From Candidatus Zixiibacteriota bacterium (GTDB lineage Bacteria; Zixibacteria; MSB-5A5; GN15; FEB-12): 21,887 nucleotides of DNA. Below, in pieces: positions 9,018 through 17,240 of the stretch. The DNA is taken from contig JBGSIV010000108.1 of the NCBI GenBank assembly GCA_041742355.1, positions 1 to 21,887 on the forward strand. The letters are read 5' to 3'. Position 1 is the first letter of the stretch, and each line of letters begins with the position of its first letter. The notes below the pieces were generated by a model. The model saw only the letters and a program-made list of their open reading frames with translations, made no database searches and was not told the origin of the DNA. Both the position numbers and the translations under genes were made by a program.

Positions 9018-9752
9018 TTAGTTCTCAGCAATCGTAATCATCTGTTTGGAGAGTTTTGCCGCCCGCGGGGCCGGCAGCAACTGCAGCACCTGTGAGGCGT
9101 TCTTGCCTTTCATCCGGGGGAGAATCGACACCACCGTCTCGTCGTCGAGGTTCGCCATCAGTTTGGCCACCGCGCGGGAGTCCATGTTGTCGTAGAGTTT
9201 CGCCAGCTCCATTACCCGGGCTGACTCAGCCCGCTCGATCACGAGCATCTTGCGGCTGATCTCTTCCTCGCGACGGCTCAGGCTCTGCTGGCGGTCATTG
9301 AGCTGCGTCTCCCAGGTAGAGAGGCGCTGCTTTTCCTGTGTGAGCCAAGTGGCCCCTTCGAGGGAGTCTTTCTGCGACAGGCCGCCCGACTCTCCCGTCA
9401 AATCGAACGAATCCGGGTCGACATCGAGCACCGCGAGATTCTCCTCGATCAGCGCCAGCACACTGGCCGAATCACCGTCTTCCAGAGACATCAGGCTGTC
9501 GAGAATTTCATCGTCGGTCAGTTCGCCAGACGGGGAGCCGCTTGCCGAGGTTGAGTCGTTGTGCGCGACGGCAGTCGAGTCAGTTGGCGTCGCGGCCGGT
9601 GTGCGGCCGAGCACCATTATGGTGGCAGCGGCAACCCCCAGCACCAGCACCAGACCGATAACACCCAGTAGGATGTATTTCAGCAGGCTCCCCTTAGGGG
9701 CCGGCTTCGGGGTTTCGCTTGGTTGGCTTGTGGTCACAGTCTCTTCTGTCAC
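9018..9752 (-). CDS. MotE/FlbB-like flagellar protein (TM helix, coiled coil, MgtE_N-like helical C-terminus)
   Basis: TM segment, acidic linker, coiled coil, then LAKLYDNMDSRAVAKLMANLDDETVVSILPRMKGKNASQVL. Likely start GTG 9752 (AGGAG 7 nt upstream) or ATG 9758; the track start at 9842 would span the promoter. Confidence 0.8.
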   Translation of the reverse strand: MTEETVTTSQPSETPKPAPKGSLLKYILLGVIGLVLVLGVAAATIMVLGRTPAATPTDSTAVAHNDSTSASGSPSGELTDDEILDSLMSLEDGDSASVLALIEENLAVLDVDPDSFDLTGESGGLSQKDSLEGATWLTQEKQRLSTWETQLNDRQQSLSRREEEISRKMLVIERAESARVMELAKLYDNMDSRAVAKLMANLDDETVVSILPRMKGKNASQVLQLLPAPRAAKLSKQMITIAEN

Positions 9753-9790
9753 GAACATACTCCTGGAAACATTTTTCCGAAGTTTGCTAA

Positions 9791-9807
9791 TGCACAGGCT
9801 GTGCCAA
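9791..9807 (-). promoter_or_regulatory. Sigma54 (-24/-12) promoter of the flagellar operon
   Basis: Minus strand TTGGCACAGCCTGTGCA matches TGGCAC-N5-TTGCW with one mismatch, about 40 nt upstream of the first operon gene. Confidence 0.8.
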
Positions 9808-9836
9808 CCGGGCCAAAGCGCCGATATGCGATTGTA

Positions 9837-9849
9837 CTGCAACGAATTA
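9837..9849 (-). promoter_or_regulatory. Possible IHF site
   Basis: TAATTCGTTGCAG partly matches YAA-N4-TTGATW and lies between the sigma54 site and a candidate enhancer. Confidence 0.35.
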
Positions 9850-9896
9850 CACGTTAGGGGACAAAGGCATCCCGTAGTCCAGTGCGTCCGCGATCA

Positions 9897-9907
9897 GAAA
9901 ACTTTTC
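9897..9907. promoter_or_regulatory. Candidate upstream activator site (palindrome)
   Basis: GAAAA-C-TTTTC dyad about 120 nt upstream of the predicted sigma54 start, the usual distance for an enhancer-binding protein site. Confidence 0.35.
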
Positions 9908-10005
9908 CGCCCTGATGGGAAAGAAGCGGGGAGTGTCGCGCTTCCGGGGCACCGGGAGGATCCCCCATTTATGACTCCCGCTGTCAGTTTCCGGCACGAT
10001 TTCCC

Positions 10006-10034
10006 TTGACGGCTGATTTGACTACCGATACATT
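10006..10034 (+). promoter_or_regulatory. Sigma70-type promoter for the RNA-binding protein gene
   Basis: TTGACG-N17-TACATT. Confidence 0.7.
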
Positions 10035-10218
10035 ATCCTTCGATGAAACACTTGGTATCCCGGCGCTGCTCTTATCGAACCTTGGTAATTCCATGACATC
10101 TCGAAAGGCGGACTCTGGAACCGACGCGCAATAGTGCGCAAGAACGCAATGATCCCGTTATGTGTACCTCGTTCAGACGGGGGTTTACGCAGGGATCGAG
10201 AACTTACCGGAGTGTAGA

Positions 10219-10539
10219 ATGAAGATCTACATTGGGAACATGTCGTACAGCACGACAGAAGATCAACTGCGCCAGGCGTTTGAGACGTACGGCGATGTCT
10301 CCGATGTCAACGTGGTGATGGACCGTGACAGCGGCCGGCCGAAAGGCTTTGCCTTTGTCGAAATGCCGAACCAGGAAGAGGGCAAGGCTGCCATCGCTGC
10401 TCTGAATGGCAAGGAATTCGACGGGCGCACCCTGAATGTCGACGAAGCTCGTCCGCGCCAGGAAAAGACCGGTGGCGGTGGTGGTGGTCGCGATCGTCGC
10501 GGTGGCGGCGGTGGCGGCGGTTACCGTCGCGGTTGGTAA
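10219..10539 (+). CDS. RRM-domain RNA-binding protein with Gly/Arg-rich tail (106 aa)
   Basis: RNP2 KIYIGNM, RNP1 KGFAFVEM, GRTLNVDEARP, tail GGGGGGRDRRGGGGGGGYRRGW; start ATG 10219 after GGAG. Confidence 0.96.
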   Translation: MKIYIGNMSYSTTEDQLRQAFETYGDVSDVNVVMDRDSGRPKGFAFVEMPNQEEGKAAIAALNGKEFDGRTLNVDEARPRQEKTGGGGGGRDRRGGGGGGGYRRGW

Positions 10540-10584
10540 GCCCAACCCTGGGCCTAGTGCTCACTGGAATTACCATGACAAATC

Positions 10585-10616
10585 AAAAAGGACCGGCGAT
10601 TGCCGGTCCTTTTTTT
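10585..10616. terminator. Bidirectional intrinsic terminator
   Basis: AAAAA-GGACCGGC-gatt-GCCGGTCC-TTTTTTT between convergent genes. Confidence 0.9.
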
Positions 10617-10662
10617 GGCTCTCTCTGTCGAATAAGGACGCCAATTTGATTGCGGCGGATCC

Positions 10663-10968
10663 TCATGGCGCCATGACCGTGAACTCGACCTCTTTCGCCG
10701 GCGGCGGCTTGCGCAACCCGAGGCATCCCGGCTGCTCCTCGATTGTCAGCCTGAGGATCACCCGATCCCCTGCCGCCCGCACCACCATGATCCGCAGGAA
10801 GAACGTCACTCCCGACCGAAACCGGTAGTAACTCAGCGGTGCTTCGGCGACTGACGGGATCTCCCTGAGGAACGCATATGGACGGCGCGCCCATCGTGTC
10901 TGTTCCTCCTGGAGGAGGCGATCCGCATCCGGCGGCGCGTAGCGTCCTTTCGGCGGGATACTACTCAT
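10663..10968 (-). CDS. Hypothetical protein, Arg-rich (101 aa)
   Basis: ATG 10968 overlaps the end of the upstream ORF; shares sequence blocks with 10961..11326; ends before the terminator. Confidence 0.6.
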   Translation of the reverse strand: MSSIPPKGRYAPPDADRLLQEEQTRWARRPYAFLREIPSVAEAPLSYYRFRSGVTFFLRIMVVRAAGDRVILRLTIEEQPGCLGLRKPPPAKEVEFTVMAP

Positions 10969-11326
10969 CGTCTTCCCCGTCTTCGAGCTCACGATTATCC
11001 GTGGTATCGGCCAGTATCTCTATTTCATTGTCCTGGTAGACCATCCACGCCGACTCCGCTTCCCGTTCCCCCTCCTCTATAGTAATGAGCAGGGAGATCT
11101 CCATATCCCCTTCCGGTGTCGGCCAGCACACGACCTCAACAGGAAAAGCCTCGATCTCTGATGGGTTCGAGGAAGCCCCCTTGAACTCGGCCGAATAGAA
11201 GAACAGCTCCCCGTCTTCGTCTTCCGGCGTTGCTTCGATCATCTCCCGCCAGTCATCGTGTTTCCACAACAGCCACCGGTTCTTTTCCCGATCGAGCAGT
11301 TGGCGTATCAGACGATCTTCCATCAC
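10961..11326 (-). CDS. Hypothetical protein, strongly acidic (about 120 aa)
   Basis: Protein-like Asp/Glu-rich composition, co-oriented with its neighbours; start GTG 11326 or ATG 11323. Confidence 0.72.
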   Translation of the reverse strand: MMEDRLIRQLLDREKNRWLLWKHDDWREMIEATPEDEDGELFFYSAEFKGASSNPSEIEAFPVEVVCWPTPEGDMEISLLITIEEGEREAESAWMVYQDNEIEILADTTDNRELEDGEDDE

Positions 11327-11367
11327 ACTTCCAATGGGTTAGTCAGTCGGGGGCACCTGACACGACT

Positions 11368-11949
11368 TCACTTGTCGTACAGAAACTCGATCGCGCGCAC
11401 CAGGCACCGTTCAAGATCCGTGTGGTTCCCGTCGTTCACGATCGTACAGTCGGCGATCGCGATTGGTCCCCCCTTTTCGAGATTCTCGATTTCCGAGTAA
11501 TCCCGGCGCTCCACCTCTTCTTTGGTCAACGGGCGCTCCACTCGGTCGAGCAGACGTGTGTGGCGGATCTTGCGGGCCGCCGTGATCGCCAGGATGACAA
11601 GCCGTTCGCCCAGCGCCTCGCGCAGCAGCTTGTACTCCGACCAGGAATACAGCCCATCGATTATGAGATCCGATTCCTTCGTCATTTCCTCGATCTTCGG
11701 CAGGGCCATCATCGCGTATGCCGCCGGTCCGTGCAGGCGGCGGAACTCCTCGCGCACGAACCGTTCGTTGCGCTCGTCGATCACCTGCCCGCGGCGATTG
11801 ATCTCATCGATCGTGAACTGCCCGAACCGCAGCACCGCCCATCCCCGAGCTTTGAAATACTCTGCCGCGGTTGATTTCCCCGAACCCGGCATTCCGACCA
11901 GGGCAAGGATATGGTGCTCTTTCGCCTTATCCAACTTCTCTTGCGCCAT
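11368..11949 (-). CDS. P-loop nucleotide kinase, archaeal dephospho-CoA kinase-like/UPF0200-type
   Basis: Walker A GMPGSGKST, REEFRRLHG, IIDGLYSWSEY, lid RHTRLLDR..R, RRDYSE...GGPIAIAD. Confidence 0.85.
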   Translation of the reverse strand: MAQEKLDKAKEHHILALVGMPGSGKSTAAEYFKARGWAVLRFGQFTIDEINRRGQVIDERNERFVREEFRRLHGPAAYAMMALPKIEEMTKESDLIIDGLYSWSEYKLLREALGERLVILAITAARKIRHTRLLDRVERPLTKEEVERRDYSEIENLEKGGPIAIADCTIVNDGNHTDLERCLVRAIEFLYDK

Positions 11950-12132
11950 GCGACTCTACTGTCAAAGGGTTCTTGCTTCGTCGCGCCTAATTAGGGGGAA
12001 AACAGAAGGCGGGGCAAGCGGGAAATGGTGCGCGCTATACGCGCGCGCAGGCACGAACCAGGATCTCGCGATTCGCAGAGCCGAGCTGGAGCCCAGTGAG
12101 CCCCCCTCTCCTTGCAAGCTGCGCCCTTCCCC

Positions 12133-14301
12133 CTACTTCGTCACCGTCACCCTCACATCCCCCTCCCGATCGATTAGGTACACGGTCACTCCACGCTCGC
12201 GACGATCGATCACCAGGCTCACCTTTCCCTCGCCCACCCGGAGATTCTCGATCGTGAGACTGTCGAGAAAAGCCGGCAGTACGGGGTAGCTGAAGTACAC
12301 GGTTCGCTCCGGGCCACTCACTGTCATTCCGAGGCACGCCTGCAGGAGCATAAAGGCTCCGCCGGCGGCCCAGGCCTGCGGGCTGCATGCCACCGGATAC
12401 AAAGTTGGCCCTTCCCCCTCGCGACGATGAAAGCCACAGAAGACCTCCGGCAGACGCCGCAGTTCCATATGGAGGCTTGCTTCGTACATCCCGGTCAGCA
12501 GTCGCACCGCCTCATCCCGGTATCCGTACCACGCCATACCGTAGGCAATCATGGCATTGTCGTGCGGCCACACCGACCCGTTGTGGTATGACATCGGGTT
12601 GTACCGCGCCTGGCCCGACGCCACGGTGCGGATCCCCCATTCGATGAAGGATGCGCGATCCATCAGCGACCGCACGACCTGTCCGGCATGCTCTTCCGCG
12701 GCCAGGCCGGTGAAAAGGGTATGGCCCGCGTTCGAGGTCACGACGCGACATGGCTCCTTGTTTCCATCGAGCGCCAGCGCGTAGGTGCCCAGTTCCGGCT
12801 GCCAGAAGGCCTCGTAGAACCGCGCCCGCAGTTGCCTCGCTTCCTGGGCCAACCGCTCGGCTGTCTGCATCTTCCCGAGTTCGCGCGCCAACCGACTCGC
12901 CTGTCTCTTCGCCTCGTAGACATACGCCTGTACCTCGCACAGCGCAATCGGCGGTTCGGCCAGCCGTCCATCGGCATGAAACACCGAGTCCTCAGAGTCC
13001 TTCCATCCCTGGTTGACCAGTCCCGTATTGGTCGCCCGGCTGTACTCGACGAAGCCGTCGCCGTCGGCATCACCGTACTCGTCGATCCACCGCAGGGCCC
13101 GCTTGATACTCGGCCAAAGACGTTCGAGGAATCCCATGTTCCCGGTCGCCCGGTAGTACCTCCCCGCCAGCATGACAAAGAGCGGCGTGGCATCCACCGT
13201 CCCGTAGTAGCGTTTGAACGGTACCTCTCCGAGGTTCGCCATTTCCCCCTTCCGCATCTCGTGCAGGATCTTTCCCGGCTGGGCATCGTTGGTCGCGTCG
13301 ACGATCTCCGCCTGGTTGTTCGCCAGGAACGTCAGGACACCACGCGAAATATCGGGATTGATCCAGAGCGTCTGCATAGCCGTGATCAGCCCGTCGCGAC
13401 CGAAGACCGTGCTGTACCATGGAATTCCTGCGAACGGATACGGCCCCTCCGGCATATGGGTGAGCATCATAGAAATGTCCGAACGGGACCGGTTGATCCA
13501 GGCGTTGAACTGCTCGTTCGAGGAATGGACGGAGCAAAGGCCCGCGCTGCGCTGCCGCCGAACCGTCTCCGCCCGCTCGAGCGCGTCGTCGAAGGCCAGC
13601 ACCGCCGGTGTGTCGCTGTCGGCCACCGTCGCCATGCGAATGAAGTAGTGAGTATCCTCCCGTGGTCCTAGATTGACGGAAAATAGTGCTCTGTGCGCAT
13701 TAAGCTGATCCGGGCGCGGCGAGAAGTCCAGCCGCGTTCGCCGCGTAATGCCATCCAGCCCGTGGTACGGCAAGACTACCCGATCGCCCTCCGTCGACAC
13801 CTTCCCCGGTACCCCGTGTTGGGACCGACTCATTCCTCGCACCTCAAATATGTCGACGAAGTCAGCGTCATAGGACAACGAGAACCGAAACTGCACCGAT
13901 GTCAGACCGAAATTTGTTATCCGGATTCGCTCATGACAACACCCCTCCCAGAGAAACATCCACCTGTTGATATGAATCTCCCCCTTGCGGACAACCTCCC
14001 CCGTCCCGTCCAGAGACAGATCGGGATTGGTCAAATCCACCATGAGGAAGTTGTTGTCCTGGGTCGTCGTGCTGCTCAAGAGCAGCGTGTTTTTCCCCTC
14101 TATGGTCAGGAGGTAGCGCGAGAGGAACCGCGTCCCCTCAAAGTACAAGCCGTGATCTCCGAATCCGAATGGGCGGATGTCGCCGTGGCGATCGGTGATG
14201 AGAAACATCTCGCCGTCTTTCAACGCACGACTGGCCTGTTCCGCCTGCGACGACACGGTACGGATGTAGTACTGATCGGGGCTGATTGGGAGTTCATCCA
14301 T
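12133..14301 (-). CDS. Amylo-alpha-1,6-glucosidase / glycogen-debranching-family glycoside hydrolase
   Basis: AGIPWYSTVFGRDGLI, PGKILHE, YYGTVDATPLF, NQGWKDS, YHNGSVWPHDN, RLPEVFCG, ACSPQAW; GGAGG RBS. Confidence 0.94.
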   Translation of the reverse strand: MDELPISPDQYYIRTVSSQAEQASRALKDGEMFLITDRHGDIRPFGFGDHGLYFEGTRFLSRYLLTIEGKNTLLLSSTTTQDNNFLMVDLTNPDLSLDGTGEVVRKGEIHINRWMFLWEGCCHERIRITNFGLTSVQFRFSLSYDADFVDIFEVRGMSRSQHGVPGKVSTEGDRVVLPYHGLDGITRRTRLDFSPRPDQLNAHRALFSVNLGPREDTHYFIRMATVADSDTPAVLAFDDALERAETVRRQRSAGLCSVHSSNEQFNAWINRSRSDISMMLTHMPEGPYPFAGIPWYSTVFGRDGLITAMQTLWINPDISRGVLTFLANNQAEIVDATNDAQPGKILHEMRKGEMANLGEVPFKRYYGTVDATPLFVMLAGRYYRATGNMGFLERLWPSIKRALRWIDEYGDADGDGFVEYSRATNTGLVNQGWKDSEDSVFHADGRLAEPPIALCEVQAYVYEAKRQASRLARELGKMQTAERLAQEARQLRARFYEAFWQPELGTYALALDGNKEPCRVVTSNAGHTLFTGLAAEEHAGQVVRSLMDRASFIEWGIRTVASGQARYNPMSYHNGSVWPHDNAMIAYGMAWYGYRDEAVRLLTGMYEASLHMELRRLPEVFCGFHRREGEGPTLYPVACSPQAWAAGGAFMLLQACLGMTVSGPERTVYFSYPVLPAFLDSLTIENLRVGEGKVSLVIDRRERGVTVYLIDREGDVRVTVTK

Positions 14302-14355
14302 CGCGGTCCGTCCTCCGTGAGCGGCGCTTCATGCCCGGGGACTGCGCGGCGCTCG

Positions 14356-15402
14356 TTACGCCACCTCGCGCTCCACCGGCTGCCGGATCAGCTTGCCGAA
14401 GATCTTCAGGTAGTCCTCCGCCATTCGTTGCGCCGTGAAGCGCCGCTCGAACACTTCCCGGCACGCCCGCCGGCTGATTATTCCAACCCGCTGCACTGCC
14501 TCCACGGCCCCCTCAAGCCCATCCACGATGAACCCGGTGATCCCGTCTTCAATCACCTCCCGTACCGATCCCATCGGCCGCGCGATCACCGGCGTTCCGC
14601 AGGCCATCGCCTCGATCATCACGAGCCCGAACGGCTCCGCCCAGTCGATCAGGAACAGGAGCGCATGGGCATTGCCGAGAAACTCACCTTTCTCTGCCTC
14701 GCCGATCTCACCGAGGTATTCGACCAGCGGGTGATCCATCAGCGGCTTCAAGGTCGTTTCGTAGTACTCCTGATCTTTCGCATCTACCTTGGCCGCAATC
14801 TTTAGCGGCATCCCCACTTGTTTGGCCACCTCGATCGCTATGTCCAGGCGCTTCTCCGGGCTTACCCTCCCCAGAAACGCCAAGTACTCCCCCCGTCCTT
14901 CGTGCAGCCGGTGCAGGTCAACCGGCAGGCCATGGTGTACCGCCCCCTGCCAGTTCACCCGCGGCATGGGCGCACGCTGGGCTTCAGATATCGAAATCAG
15001 CGGCACGTCATCGAATTCCCGGTAAAGGGGGATCAGATCGCTCTGTCCCAGGTTCCCGTGCAGTGTTGTAACCGACGGCGTAACAATTCGCCGCAACATC
15101 GAAAAGGGGAAGTAGTCGATATGTGAGTGGATGATATCAAACTCCGCGGCCTGCTGGGCCACCCGCTCGGCCATCAGGACATGGTGCACAATCTGATCGA
15201 CGCAGGACTCGTCGAGCCGGAGCGAGCGTCCTGCCATCGGCACCAGCCGAGCTCTCGTCACCGAATCACCGCTTGCGAACAGCGTGACTTCATGCCCCAT
15301 GTCCACCAGTGTGTCGGTGAGATACGAGACTATCCGTTCCGTGCCGCCATAGTATCTCGGTGGGACACTCTCGAACAGCGGCGCGACTTGCGCGATTCTC
15401 AA
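14356..15402 (-). CDS. Glycosyltransferase family 4 (348 aa)
   Basis: RIAQVAPLFESVPPRYYGGTER, FLGRVSPEK, EPFGLVMIEAMACGTPV; start TTG 15402 with an AGGAGG RBS. Confidence 0.94.
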   Translation of the reverse strand: MRIAQVAPLFESVPPRYYGGTERIVSYLTDTLVDMGHEVTLFASGDSVTRARLVPMAGRSLRLDESCVDQIVHHVLMAERVAQQAAEFDIIHSHIDYFPFSMLRRIVTPSVTTLHGNLGQSDLIPLYREFDDVPLISISEAQRAPMPRVNWQGAVHHGLPVDLHRLHEGRGEYLAFLGRVSPEKRLDIAIEVAKQVGMPLKIAAKVDAKDQEYYETTLKPLMDHPLVEYLGEIGEAEKGEFLGNAHALLFLIDWAEPFGLVMIEAMACGTPVIARPMGSVREVIEDGITGFIVDGLEGAVEAVQRVGIISRRACREVFERRFTAQRMAEDYLKIFGKLIRQPVEREVA

Positions 15403-15767
15403 GGTATACCTCCTGCAGCGGTCCACCCCTGCCCGCTGCATTTTGAGCCCCTGCACGACGGATCACGTGCTGACCCGGCCTGACCTGAAGGAATTCGTTG
15501 GCACAAGAGCAGGGTTCGGCGGGATCCGGTACCTGCCCCATAGCCCGATGAAGTTTGTATCCCGTGTGCCTGACGGCGCTACGGCGCCGCATTCATACTG
15601 AACAACACGGCCCGACCCCTGCCGGTTTCACTCCCGATTCCCGCCGACCCGACCGGATCATCGCGCTCAAACCGCGAGGCGGCTGTAACTGCCGATCCTG
15701 TCGCTGGGTACTGATTGCGTCCATTTTTCTCCTCCGGCGAGGGAAAATTTGATTATACTGTGCCGGT

Positions 15768-17102
15768 ATGGACACCCTGGCGAAAACCCCGGATCGGGAG
15801 AAAATCGTCCGCCTGCAGACGGTCGGCTGCCGGCTCAACCAGTACGAGACTGAGCGAATGGCCGCCCGCATCTACCCGTTCGGTTTTCGCCGCGCCGAAG
15901 ACGGCGAGCTGGCCGACCTGACCATCATCAACACCTGCACGGTCACCCACAAGGCCGACTCCGACTGCCGCCAGCTCATCCGCAAGGCCTCCCGCCAGAA
16001 TCCCGGCGGGCATATCGTTGTCGTCGGCTGCTATGTGGATCACGAACCGGAACTCATCGCCGCGATGGAGGGCGTCGACGTCATCGTTCACAACAGCGAG
16101 AAAGACGCCATCGACCGGATCCTCCCCGCCCGGTTGCCCGATCTTTTCCGGAGCGAACCCGACAGATCCTGCTCCCCGACGATCGAGGATTTCCACGATC
16201 GCAACCGCGCCTGGGTCAAGATCTCTGACGGCTGCAACCAGTGGTGTTCGTTCTGCATCGTCACGATTGTCCGCGGACGGCTTGCCAACCGCCCCGCCGC
16301 CGACATCATCGGGGAAATAAACACACTGGTGGCCCAGGGTTACAGGGAGATCGTCCTCACCGGTGTCAACATGGGTTACTACCATGACAAACGGCGCGAG
16401 CCGAAACTCAGGAATCTTGCCGGTCTATGCCGTTTGATCATTGCTGAAACCGATCTGCCCCGGATGCGCCTGTCATCGATCGAGCCCCAGGCCGTCAAGG
16501 ACGACCTCATCGACACGTACGCGCAGAGCAACGGCCGGATCTGCCGCCATTTCCACATGCCGCTGCAGTCCGCCGCCAGCGATATACTCCGCAAAATGCG
16601 CCGCCCCTACAACCAGGCCATTTATATCAAGCGTGTCGAGGACATCAAGGCCGCTGTCCCCGGCACCACGGTCGGCGCCGATGTCATCGCGGGATTCCCG
16701 GGCGAGTCTCTCGAGCACTTCGATCAAACCGTCCGCCTGGTCGATTCCGGCTTGCTCGACTACCTCCACGTCTTCAGCTACAGCGATCGCCCGGGCACCG
16801 ACGCTGCAAAAATGGGTGGCAAGATCGACCCGATCGAAATCCGCCGCCGTGCGAAAATCCTCACCGAAATTTCGGCCCGACTCGTTCAGTCCAATTTCGC
16901 CCGCCATGAAGGCCGTGTTTTAGAGGTCATCGCCGAGCACAAGAATGAAGGCGACGGCACCTACTTCGCCATCTCGGACAATTACCTGAAAGTTCAACTC
17001 CCAGCCTCAGCCTACCGGGGTCGCGAGATCATCGCTTCACGCGCCCTGCCGCGCGACCCTTCTGCCCGAACCGACGACTTCCTCCCGGCCGAACCCCTAT
17101 AG
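15768..17102 (+). CDS. mtaB: tRNA t6A37 methylthiotransferase MtaB (radical SAM)
   Basis: UPF0004 domain (TVGCRLNQYE, IINTCTVT, VVGCY), radical SAM CNQWCSFC, RGR, EIVLTGVN, RLSSIEP, HMPLQS, LHVFSYSDRPGT. Confidence 0.9.
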   Translation: MDTLAKTPDREKIVRLQTVGCRLNQYETERMAARIYPFGFRRAEDGELADLTIINTCTVTHKADSDCRQLIRKASRQNPGGHIVVVGCYVDHEPELIAAMEGVDVIVHNSEKDAIDRILPARLPDLFRSEPDRSCSPTIEDFHDRNRAWVKISDGCNQWCSFCIVTIVRGRLANRPAADIIGEINTLVAQGYREIVLTGVNMGYYHDKRREPKLRNLAGLCRLIIAETDLPRMRLSSIEPQAVKDDLIDTYAQSNGRICRHFHMPLQSAASDILRKMRRPYNQAIYIKRVEDIKAAVPGTTVGADVIAGFPGESLEHFDQTVRLVDSGLLDYLHVFSYSDRPGTDAAKMGGKIDPIEIRRRAKILTEISARLVQSNFARHEGRVLEVIAEHKNEGDGTYFAISDNYLKVQLPASAYRGREIIASRALPRDPSARTDDFLPAEPL

Positions 17103-17240
17103 GCAACCCTGGCTAACGGTGGCTCATGCTATTTCATGACCCTCGCCGAGTCCCTCGCTTCCCACCATAGCTCGTGCATCTGCGAACTCCTGGGCGAATT
17201 GCGCTGCGCTTACCGCTGACCGCCGAAAGAGCGCCCTTCG

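Noticed and set aside
10471..10522. GGT/GGC tandem repeats
   Set aside because: They encode the poly-Gly tail of the RRM protein and are not an independent repeat.
15499..15515. TGGCAC sigma54-like half site
   Set aside because: No GC at the -12 position.
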